Assembly (NCBI GenBank): GCA_026388735.1
Contig: JAPLJG010000009.1
Span: 362 to 64,361 of the forward strand
From: Deltaproteobacteria bacterium
Lineage (GTDB): Bacteria; Desulfobacterota; Desulfobulbia; Desulfobulbales; Desulfurivibrionaceae
Direction of reading: 5' to 3'
Length of the DNA stretch: 64,000 bases
The notes under the pieces are model-generated. The model did not search any database, was not told the DNA's origin, and worked only from the letters and a program-made list of their open reading frames with translations. Within the stretch, counting starts at the first letter, position 1. Each line of letters starts with the position of its first letter. The position numbers were made by a program, and so were the translations under genes. This document shows, piece by piece, positions 19,431 to 27,283 of the stretch.

Positions 19431-19664
19431 TTAGCAGCCCTCAACAGCCTTCTTCTTGGGAGCGATCTTGCCGTCTTTTACGGTAACCTTGTCGCCAACC
19501 TTGGCTGCACCCTCTACGGTCTCCATCTTACCGGCGCAATCTACGGTTACCTTGGTGCCCTCAACTGCGGTTACTTTGCAGTCAGCAGCAAAAGATACCG
19601 CTGCGGTGCCTGCTACGAATGCAACTGCCATTGCCAAAGAAATCATCTTCTTGCTCATCTTCAT
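19431..19664 (-). CDS. small secreted Cys-containing Lys/Val-rich protein (unknown family)
   Basis: 77 aa with a signal peptide ending SFA-ADC. The mature ~50 aa has 3 Cys, including the C-terminal residue. It has a strong terminator and a GGAGGAG Shine-Dalgarno sequence. Confidence 0.6.
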   Translation of the reverse strand: MKMSKKMISLAMAVAFVAGTAAVSFAADCKVTAVEGTKVTVDCAGKMETVEGAAKVGDKVTVKDGKIAPKKKAVEGC

Positions 19665-19778
19665 CTCCTCCTAAAGTATTATTTGGGAATATCCTGTTAT
19701 CCAAAACAGGAAATAATGAATCACCGTTCAGTAAATATACGACAGGAGCACAGGATGTCAACCGGAAAGTTGCTCCTG

Positions 19779-20285
19779 TTATTTGAGGATGGCGTTGAGG
19801 TCGTTTACCAGGGTCTGGTGGTCGACATAGCCGTCGTAGCGCTTGACCACATTGCCTTCCTTGTTCACCAGAAACGAGGTGGGGATGCCGAGGATGCCGC
19901 CGAAGGCCGTGGGGGTTTCCGAATCGCTCAGCAGAACGGGATAGTTGATCTCCATTTTCTGGGCGAATTTGTCAACCAGGGATGCTCCACCTTGGTCGGT
20001 GGAGATGCCGATCACGGTGAAGCCCTTCGGCCCGTACTCCTTCTGGAGCTTGATGAAGTCAGGGATTTCCTTGCGGCAGGGAGGACACCAGGTGGCGAAG
20101 AAATTGATCAGCATCGCCTGGCCCTGGTAGCCGCTGGACTTGACTGCGGCCCCATCCTTCACCGAAGGGAGGGTAAAGGCCGGCATCTTGGTGGCCGCTT
20201 GGGCAGCACCGGCCATCAGGCCGAAGAGGGCAAGGGTGATGGTGAGAAGGCGGGCTTTCGCCGCCAGGGATTTCATGATCTGCAT
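19779..20285 (-). CDS. TlpA-family periplasmic thiol:disulfide oxidoreductase
   Basis: 168 aa with a signal peptide and the thioredoxin fold motif FFATWCPPCRKEIP. Confidence 0.85.
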   Translation of the reverse strand: MQIMKSLAAKARLLTITLALFGLMAGAAQAATKMPAFTLPSVKDGAAVKSSGYQGQAMLINFFATWCPPCRKEIPDFIKLQKEYGPKGFTVIGISTDQGGASLVDKFAQKMEINYPVLLSDSETPTAFGGILGIPTSFLVNKEGNVVKRYDGYVDHQTLVNDLNAILK

Positions 20286-20406
20286 GGACTTCTCCTAGAT
20301 AAATGGTTGCCACCGGCACGAACGTAACATATTACCGAAACAGAGTCTTTTTACCCGCTTTTTCAGGGAAACAAAAGGGGAAATATCGGCCCGGTGGCTT
20401 CCGGGG

Positions 20407-21183
20407 TCAGGAGGGCATGGGCCCCTGGCGAAGGCGCTCACCCCGGGCGGAGATCACTACCTCCTGCACAGGGATGTTCTGGCCGGAGCGGGAAAGGGCC
20501 TGGGAAACAATATGGCGCATGTTGCTGCAGCAGGGCACCTCCATGATGGCCATGGTGATGCTCTTGATTCCGGCCGCGGCAAAGATTTCCGCGAACTTCT
20601 GGATGGTGCTTTCCACCTCGTCAAACTTCGGGCAGCCCAGCATGACCACCTTGCCGCTCAGGAGATCGCGGTGAAAGTCCGGATAGGCCACGGGCACGCA
20701 GTCGGCCGCGATCAGGAGGTCGGCGCCTTTGAGAAAGGGCGCGCTGGGCGGCACCAACCGGATCTGTACCGGCCAGTGGCTCAGTGCCGAGCCGGTGGTG
20801 GATCCGAGCTGAATCGGGGTATTGGCCGATTGGCAGGGGGTAGTGGGGGCGAAGGTCTGCAATTTGGCCGAGGGGCAGCCGCAAGCCAGTTGGGCAGGCG
20901 GGGCCGGGTGAGCCTGTGCCGTCTCTCGATGGCTGAGCAGCTCTTCCACCGCCTCTTCGTCAAAATCCTCCGCCTCCCGCTCGATGATGCGCAGGGCTCC
21001 GGTGGGGCAATGGCCCAGGCAGGCGCCCAGGCCGTCGCAATATTTTTCCGCAAGCATTCTGGCCTTGCCGTCCACGATCTGGAGGGCGCCTTCCGCGCAG
21101 TTGATAATGCACTCGCCACAGCCGTTGCAGAGGTTCTCGTCTATCTCAATAATCTTGCGCATTATTTTCATGGCTCTCTCCAT
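20407..21183 (-). CDS. 4Fe-4S dicluster-domain protein (FrdX-like, hcp-associated)
   Basis: 258 aa with N-terminal CNGCGECIINC and CDGLGACLGHCP. The C-terminal domain ends with a MEVPCC motif. Its start overlaps the upstream stop (TAATG). Confidence 0.8.
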   Translation of the reverse strand: MERAMKIMRKIIEIDENLCNGCGECIINCAEGALQIVDGKARMLAEKYCDGLGACLGHCPTGALRIIEREAEDFDEEAVEELLSHRETAQAHPAPPAQLACGCPSAKLQTFAPTTPCQSANTPIQLGSTTGSALSHWPVQIRLVPPSAPFLKGADLLIAADCVPVAYPDFHRDLLSGKVVMLGCPKFDEVESTIQKFAEIFAAAGIKSITMAIMEVPCCSNMRHIVSQALSRSGQNIPVQEVVISARGERLRQGPMPS

Positions 21184-21962
21184 TATCCCTTGAGCAGCAC
21201 TTTGGCTGCCAGGGCGGCTCCTGTCTTGGTGAGGAAGGAGCGGTCGATGATCTTTTGCAGATGGTCCGGCGGAGTGGGCGCATCCTTTTGTTTTTCTTCC
21301 AGGTTGGTGATCAGGTCCGCGTCATAGAGCACCTTGAAGTTCATGGTTTCCTCGGGCCTCGGCACATGGTGGTGGCCGATGATGTCGCAGACCTCGTCGA
21401 TGAGCGGTTGCGGCGCGCCGAGAGCGGTGAGGATATCCCTGGCCACCGGTGGCCCTTCGATATGTTGGTATTTGGGCGACGAGCTGTTGTGCTTGCGTTC
21501 ACCCTCCTTGATGCCGATGTCGTGGAGATAGGCGGTGATCTCCACCACCGCCGGGTTGCACTTTTCCTTGGCGGCGATATTCATGGCGTGGCGGGCCACT
21601 CGGCTGGCGTGGCCGATGCGGCGGAAGTCATCGCCAAAGTAGCGCTTCATCTCCACAGCCACCCGTTCCTTGAGCACTTCCTGTTTCTTGGCCAGCAACT
21701 CCGGAGGCAGGGAGCCCAGGCACTGCGCGGCATAGGGGCAGTACGAAGCGCAGCCGAAGTCGTTGTTGGGGTTGAGCATCTTGGCCCCGCACGTGCCGCA
21801 TTTGCGGCTGGAGTCGTCTTTGAAGAATTCGACGCTGCTCCCGCATTTCGGGCAGGTTGCCTCGAATACGGCATTGGCGTCCCAATAGCGGCTGTCTTGG
21901 CCGGGGCATTGCATGGTCGTTGTTCCTTTTTTCTGTTCGATCTGCCAGCGATCAGCCCTCAC
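21183..21962 (-). CDS. HD-domain phosphohydrolase with N-terminal Cys4 zinc-ribbon
   Basis: 259 aa. It has CPKCGS...CGTCGA followed by HASRVARHAM...YLHDIG (the HD motif). Confidence 0.8.
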   Translation of the reverse strand: MRADRWQIEQKKGTTTMQCPGQDSRYWDANAVFEATCPKCGSSVEFFKDDSSRKCGTCGAKMLNPNNDFGCASYCPYAAQCLGSLPPELLAKKQEVLKERVAVEMKRYFGDDFRRIGHASRVARHAMNIAAKEKCNPAVVEITAYLHDIGIKEGERKHNSSSPKYQHIEGPPVARDILTALGAPQPLIDEVCDIIGHHHVPRPEETMNFKVLYDADLITNLEEKQKDAPTPPDHLQKIIDRSFLTKTGAALAAKVLLKG

Positions 21963-21991
21963 TCTGGGCTGGTCGCTGGCAGCTTATTTTT

Positions 21992-23623
21992 TTATCCGAG
22001 AATGGCTTTCAAGTCCTCGGCTGGGGTGGTGACCGGCTGGATGGCGAAGTTCTGCACCAGCACATCCAGCACGTTGGGGGTGATGAAGGCGGGCAGGCTG
22101 GGTCCGAGCCGGATGTTCTTGATGCCCAGGTTCAGCAGGGTCAGCAGGATGACCACCGCCTTCTGCTCGTACCAGGAAAGCACCAGGGAGAGCGGCAGGT
22201 CGTTGACTCCGCACTCAAAGGCCCCGGCAAGGGCCACGGCGATCTGGATGGCCGAGTAGGCATCGTTGCACTGGCCCACATCGAGCAGACGGGGGATGCC
22301 GCCGATGTCGCCCAGTTTTTTGTCGAAAAAACGGAACTTGCCGCAGGCCAGGGTCAGGACCATGCAGTCCGTCGGAATCTGTTCCACCAGCTCGGTATAG
22401 TAGTTGCGCCCGGGCTTGGCGCCGTCACAGCCGCCCACCAGGAAGAAGTGGCGGATGGCCTTGGATTTTACCGCGGCGATGACCTTGTCGGCCACGCCCA
22501 GAACGGTGTTTCTGGCAAATCCCACCAGGACCGAATCCTTGTCCAGGGTATCGGTGAAACCGGGCAGAGCCAGGGCTCGGTTGATCACCGGGCTGAAATC
22601 CTTGTTCTCGCCGATATGCGCCACTTCGGGCCAACCGACCAGGCCGGTGGTGAAAACATTGGCTTTGTAGGAATCAAGGGGCTTCTGGATGCAGTTGGTG
22701 GTGAAAAGAATGGCCCCCGGAAATTCAGGCATTTCCTTATGCTGATTCTGCCAGGCCGTGCCGAAGTGGCCGTAAAAATGGCTGTGCTTCTTCAGCTCCG
22801 GGTAGCCGTGGGTGGGCAGCATCTCGCCATGGGTGTAGATGTTGATCCCCTTGCCCTTGGTCTGCTCCAGGAGCATGGCCAGATCCTTGAGGTCATGGCC
22901 GGTGACCAGGATACACTTGCCGGGGATATGCCCCAGCGGTACCGGGGTGGGGACCGGATGGCCGTAGGTGCCGGTGTTGCCCGCATCGAGCAGCTCCATG
23001 GCCTTGAGGTTCACCTCGCCGCATTTGAGAGCCAAGCCCACCAACTGGTCAAGACCGAGATCCTTGCGGGTCAGTTCGGCCATGGCCTCATGGATGTAGG
23101 CGTAAACCGTGTCGTCTTCCTTGCCGAGGATGGCGGCGTGGTCGGTATATGCGGCTAGGCCGCGCAAGCCGTACATGGTGATCTGCTTTAAGGATTGCAG
23201 ATCCGGGTTGGCATCCAGGGTGTTGATGAAGTTCAGAGCCGCGCCCTGGGCTTCCAGACCGGCAAGGGAGTCGGCCGGGGTAAAGGTGGCTGCCGGGATG
23301 GTGGACTCAACCTTGCCGCCTGCGGCTAGGACTCTTTTCTGCAAAGACTCGCGCAGCTCGACGGTCTTGCGGATCAGGACCTCAAAGCGGCTGGGGTCAA
23401 AATCCACATTGGTGAGACAGGAAAAGATCGCCTCGCAGGTGAAGCGGTCCACAGCGTTGTCCGCAACCCCAACCTTGCGGCCGGCGGTGGCCACCAGGGA
23501 CAACCCTTGGACAGCATGGGTCAGCAGGTCTTCGAGGCCAGCCAGGGGCGCGGTTTTTCCGCAGACTCCGATGGCGGTGCATCCGGTTCCCTTGGCGGTT
23601 TGTTCACATTGGTTGCAAAACAT
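21992..23623 (-). CDS. hcp: hydroxylamine reductase / hybrid-cluster protein
   Basis: 543 aa. The N-terminus MFCNQCEQTAKGTGCT is the classic Hcp Cys cluster, and the sequence is Hcp-like over its full length. Confidence 0.95.
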   Translation of the reverse strand: MFCNQCEQTAKGTGCTAIGVCGKTAPLAGLEDLLTHAVQGLSLVATAGRKVGVADNAVDRFTCEAIFSCLTNVDFDPSRFEVLIRKTVELRESLQKRVLAAGGKVESTIPAATFTPADSLAGLEAQGAALNFINTLDANPDLQSLKQITMYGLRGLAAYTDHAAILGKEDDTVYAYIHEAMAELTRKDLGLDQLVGLALKCGEVNLKAMELLDAGNTGTYGHPVPTPVPLGHIPGKCILVTGHDLKDLAMLLEQTKGKGINIYTHGEMLPTHGYPELKKHSHFYGHFGTAWQNQHKEMPEFPGAILFTTNCIQKPLDSYKANVFTTGLVGWPEVAHIGENKDFSPVINRALALPGFTDTLDKDSVLVGFARNTVLGVADKVIAAVKSKAIRHFFLVGGCDGAKPGRNYYTELVEQIPTDCMVLTLACGKFRFFDKKLGDIGGIPRLLDVGQCNDAYSAIQIAVALAGAFECGVNDLPLSLVLSWYEQKAVVILLTLLNLGIKNIRLGPSLPAFITPNVLDVLVQNFAIQPVTTPAEDLKAILG

Positions 23624-23715
23624 GGCGATTCTCCTTTGTTGTGATGTAAAGGTTGGTGTAACCCGTATTGGTGCGTTTGTTAAGGAGACTATAGCGATAA
23701 TTATCCTTCCGGGCG

Positions 23716-23729
23716 TTGACTTAAATCAA
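23716..23729. promoter_or_regulatory. CRP/FNR-family (HcpR-type) operator upstream of hcp
   Basis: TTGAC-TTAA-ATCAA compared with the FNR consensus TTGAT-N4-ATCAA. It is centred about 99 nt upstream of the hcp ATG. A GATAAT-like -10 hexamer lies about 20 nt downstream on the hcp strand. Confidence 0.55.
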
Positions 23730-23907
23730 GAAGAAAGATATTTTTTGTCCGCGTTGATTTTTTCTTTTTTAGGGCACGGCGGACAGCCGAAAGCTGAGTG
23801 CTGGCGGCGGAAAACAAAAAAATAAGCATGAAAAATGTTGCCTTGCAGTTTAGAGTTACGGGCGCATAGGCATCTTTTTTCATCCTTTATACTATGGCAG
23901 AGGTGGC

Positions 23908-24531
23908 ATGGAATATCTCTTGGTTCTCGGCTCGTATCTCATCGGCTCAATACCCTTTGGCCTGGTCTTGGGGAAAGTGGCAGGCGTTGACGTGCGCGCT
24001 GCGGGCAGCGGCAACATCGGCGCCACCAATGTCGCCCGGCTGGTCGGCAAAAAGCTCGGGGGGCTTACCCTGGTCTGTGATGCGCTCAAGGCTATTTTGC
24101 CGATGTTGGTCGCAACTTGGTTACTCGAAAACGGCAGTCGGCGGGAACTCTGGGTGGCGCTCTGCGGCGGCGCGGCTTTTCTTGGACATCTCTATCCGCT
24201 GTATCTGAGATTTCGGGGCGGCAAAGGCGTGGCAACGGCGCTGGGCATTTTTCTCTATCTTGCGCCGGTGGTCGCGGTTATCGACCTACTGATTTTTGTC
24301 GGGGTGGTCTACAACTGGGGCTATGTGTCCCTTGGCTCGCTCACCGCGGCCATGATGATGCCGGGATTGGTCTGGTTGCTGACCGGTTCGTTGAGCAACT
24401 CCGTGCTGGCTTTTGGGATCGGGGTGTTGATCTGGGTTAAGCATTGGGACAACATCGTACGGCTCATGCAGCACGAGGAAAAGAGCTGGAGAAAAGACAC
24501 GCCGGGGCAGGACGCGCATGACCAACGATGA
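23908..24531 (+). CDS. plsY: glycerol-3-phosphate acyltransferase PlsY
   Basis: 207 aa with GSIPFGLVLGKVAGVDVRAAGSGNIGATNVAR and RFRGGKGVAT motifs. Confidence 0.92.
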   Translation: MEYLLVLGSYLIGSIPFGLVLGKVAGVDVRAAGSGNIGATNVARLVGKKLGGLTLVCDALKAILPMLVATWLLENGSRRELWVALCGGAAFLGHLYPLYLRFRGGKGVATALGIFLYLAPVVAVIDLLIFVGVVYNWGYVSLGSLTAAMMMPGLVWLLTGSLSNSVLAFGIGVLIWVKHWDNIVRLMQHEEKSWRKDTPGQDAHDQR

Positions 24532-24844
24532 ATGGAAAAAAATCGTGGTGGCCAAGAATCTCTTGGGCCTGCCGGATCAGGCGACCTTGGCGGAGATAAA
24601 AAAGGCCTACCGCCGCCTCTCCAAAAAGCACCATCCCGATCTTGCCCAGCACAGGGAAGATCGGGCGGAGGGGTCGAAGTTGGAGATGCACCGGCTTACT
24701 GAGGCGTGTCAGATTTTGTTGGAATACGGGAAAAGGTGCAAAATTCCCCTGGTGCCTGGGGAGGATCAGCCCCTTGAGGGGGAAGATTGGTGGATGGAGC
24801 GCTTTGGGGATGATCCGCTCTGGGGGCCGGGCCGCAGTACATAA
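24518..24844 (+). CDS. J-domain (DnaJ-like) protein
   Basis: 108 aa. LAEIKKAYRRLSKKHHPDL contains the HPD tripeptide. The start overlaps the end of plsY. Confidence 0.75.
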   Translation: MTNDEWKKIVVAKNLLGLPDQATLAEIKKAYRRLSKKHHPDLAQHREDRAEGSKLEMHRLTEACQILLEYGKRCKIPLVPGEDQPLEGEDWWMERFGDDPLWGPGRST

Positions 24845-25118
24845 TTTGCTGATTATCAAGTAATCTCAGCAGCCAGAAGAATACGTTTCGTTTTTCTGTT
24901 CATTTCTTTGCTTGCCCAAAGAAACGAACCAAAGAAAGGGCACCCTGTGTCCCTTGTCCCGCCGAAGGCGGGATTCCCTGTGCTCCTCGATGCTGCCGGG
25001 GCTTTGCAAACTCGGCTTCGCCTCAAACAGTGCAAATCCCCTTTTCGGCAGCCTCTCCGGTGCTCGGCTGCGTGCCAATGGGGTTTTAACTGCTATAACG
25101 CCAGAGGATTTGGTTGAT

Positions 25119-27011
25119 CTATTCCGTGAATTTCTTGTCGGTGGTGATCTTGGCCTGGCTTTGCAGGTATGCGAGCCAGGAGCCCATGACCTGCATCTGT
25201 TTTTCCTGGGTCAGCATTTTGCGGAGCGCTTCTTTCTGGCTGGCAAATGCTTCTTCGCTAGCCGGTTTGTCTTCCTTGAAATGGAGTACATAGAAAGTGC
25301 TGCCGTTCTCGCCGATTTCTTTGCCATAGGGTGAGGCGGCGCTGAGTTTCAGGCCCTGTGCGGCAACAGGGGCGGGCAAGCCGCTGGTCGCCTGCTGGCT
25401 TCTTGTGAAAAAGGCAGTCTCAAGCACCTTGCCCTTTACCTTTTCCGCCTCGGCGGCAAGGGAGCCTTCTTTTTTTGCCTGGGCCAACAGGACCACGGCC
25501 GCATCCTTGGCCTTGGCCTGGGCCTGATCGTCAAGGAAATCCTTTTCCACCTTGGCGCGAACCTCCGCCAACGGCGGAACCTGGGGCTCCTTCACCTCGT
25601 CAAGGAACAAGATGGCGTAGCCGCCTTTGATCTCAAGCAGCGAGCTCAGTTCGCCTTTTTTCAAGCTAAAGATGGTTTTGAGCAGGGCGGGCTGGCCCGC
25701 CAGCGCCGAGGGAGGGGTGGCTTGGGTAAAGTAATCGGTGGTCTGCACCGGAGTCGCTGCGTTGGTTGCATACTTATCCAGGCTACCGGCTTGGATAATC
25801 CCCTCGTAGGCCTGGTTTGCCAACTGGAAAGTAAGATCCTTGCCGCGTTGGGCTTTGAGTTCAGCGATGATCTGTTCCCGGGCTGCAGCTAAGGTGGTCA
25901 CGTTTGCCGGCCTGATTTTCTCAAGCTTGATCAGGTGGAGGCCGAATTGGGTTTCCACGATTGGGCTGACCTCTCCTTCCTTGAGGCTAAAGGCTGCCTC
26001 GGCAAAGGGCGGGACCATCTGTCCCTTGCTGAAAAAGCCCAGGTCACCGCCGTTTTTTCCGCTTGCATCCTCGGAGTTTTCCTTGGCCAGTTGGCCGAAA
26101 TCCTTACCCGCCTTGGCCAGCGCCAGGATGGCCTCCAGTTTTTTGCGTTTGGCAGCTTGCAGCTCGGCGCTCTCCTTGGCATCCGACCTCAGCAGGATGT
26201 GCCTGGCCTGGCGAAGCTCTGGGGCGGAAAATTTGTCTGGGTTCATTTTATAGTACTGCTCGACCTCCTGATCGCTTACCTGGGTGGCGGCCATGGCCTG
26301 TGCATTAAGAAAGGTGATGTATCTGAGCTTGACCTGGGGTTCGGTCAGGTAGGCGGACTTACGGCCTTCGAAGAAAACAGTCAGCGCCTCATCGGCAACC
26401 GGGCCTGAGCTCCGGAAACTATCCGCGCTGAAGGCGACATACTCGAGCTTGAGCTGATCGTTGTCAAAGGCGAACCGGTCTTTGAGCTCGCTGTCGGATA
26501 TCCGGGCAAACCGGGAAAGATGGGTGAGGATCTTGGTGTGGAGGAGGTCGGTGCGCACATTATTTTCAAAATCAGCTGTGGTCATCCGTGAGGAGGCCAG
26601 CAGCTTTTTGTAGCGGTCGAGCTTGAAGATCCCTTCCTCCCGGAAGGCGTCCATATTTTGGATAACCTTGCGCACCTCGTCGCTGCCCACGATCAGGCCG
26701 GCTTCCTTGGCGCCCTGCTGCATAACCTGCTCCTGGATCATCTGGTTCAACACCTGCGCCTTCAGGTTCAAGGCTTCAAGAAGCCCCGAGGGTAGGGTGC
26801 CGCCGAACTGCTCCTGGTATCGGCTGATGGTCTGGTTATAGGCCCGTTGGTACTGTTGCGAGGAAATGCTGTGGCCGTTGACCGTGGCAATGGCGTCGGG
26901 GCCGCCTTTCTGGCTTTTCCCAACCCCCCAGAAGACAAAAACCAGAACAACGACGAGGATGGTGGCCTGGATATAGGTCGATTGGGCCTTGCGGCGCATA
27001 AAGTCGAGCAT
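25119..27011 (-). CDS. ppiD: periplasmic chaperone / peptidyl-prolyl isomerase PpiD
   Basis: 630 aa. It has an N-terminal anchor (MLDFMRRKAQSTYIQATILVVVLVFVFWG), a SurA-N-like region and a parvulin domain (RHILL...GGDLGFFSKGQMVPPF). Confidence 0.85.
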   Translation of the reverse strand: MLDFMRRKAQSTYIQATILVVVLVFVFWGVGKSQKGGPDAIATVNGHSISSQQYQRAYNQTISRYQEQFGGTLPSGLLEALNLKAQVLNQMIQEQVMQQGAKEAGLIVGSDEVRKVIQNMDAFREEGIFKLDRYKKLLASSRMTTADFENNVRTDLLHTKILTHLSRFARISDSELKDRFAFDNDQLKLEYVAFSADSFRSSGPVADEALTVFFEGRKSAYLTEPQVKLRYITFLNAQAMAATQVSDQEVEQYYKMNPDKFSAPELRQARHILLRSDAKESAELQAAKRKKLEAILALAKAGKDFGQLAKENSEDASGKNGGDLGFFSKGQMVPPFAEAAFSLKEGEVSPIVETQFGLHLIKLEKIRPANVTTLAAAREQIIAELKAQRGKDLTFQLANQAYEGIIQAGSLDKYATNAATPVQTTDYFTQATPPSALAGQPALLKTIFSLKKGELSSLLEIKGGYAILFLDEVKEPQVPPLAEVRAKVEKDFLDDQAQAKAKDAAVVLLAQAKKEGSLAAEAEKVKGKVLETAFFTRSQQATSGLPAPVAAQGLKLSAASPYGKEIGENGSTFYVLHFKEDKPASEEAFASQKEALRKMLTQEKQMQVMGSWLAYLQSQAKITTDKKFTE

Positions 27012-27027
27012 GTGTCACCTGATGATG

Positions 27028-27160
27028 GTAACTGTCCCGCAGCACCACATCTGCTTTGTCAGCGGCCTGCTCATGTGCAATAGCACACTTCGCAGACCTC
27101 TTCCGCGCATCTGCGGCACTGCTGAACAGTTACGTTTTGTTGTTTACGATCCTTTCCGGT
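27028..27160 (-). repeat. palindromic intergenic repeat, copy B (full-length, inverted relative to copy C)
   Basis: The left arm GTAACTGTCCCGCAGCACC (from 27028) and the right arm GGCACTGCTGAACAGTTAC (to 27133) are inverted repeats. The reverse complement of 27061-27160 aligns almost base-for-base with 63903-64000. Confidence 0.7.
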
Positions 27161-27283
27161 TTCGAATCTGGATAGTTGTATTAATGCGAATGCGTTTTGT
27201 TAAAAATTCAGGACGTTATCCTAATTTTTTTCGTGCAGACCGTCAACCGATTTAAGCAGAGTGGGTGGCATGGGGCCTTGGCC

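Noticed and set aside
19742-19779. Terminator hairpin after the TlpA gene (ACAGGAGCA...TGCTCCTGT)
   Set aside because: The stem is a perfect 9 bp, but the loop is 20 nt and the T-tract is weak. It is too uncertain to list as a feature.
21857-23158. 433-aa ORF on the plus strand
   Set aside because: It is antisense to hcp and the HD gene, and I recognise no motifs. The same reasoning applies to 348-1343(+), 7512-8387(+), 13631-14473(+), 44001-44849(-), 44874-45713(-) and 56864-57820(-).
23701-23883. 60-aa ORF in the hcp/plsY intergenic region
   Set aside because: It is AT-rich and low in complexity. It overlaps the predicted hcp operator and promoter, and I see no Shine-Dalgarno sequence.
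27155-27172. tRNA-like T-arm (TCCGG-TTTCGAAT-CTGGA)
   Set aside because: The loop is 8 nt and there is no acceptor, D or anticodon arm around it. It lies within or next to repeat copy B, so it is not a tRNA gene.
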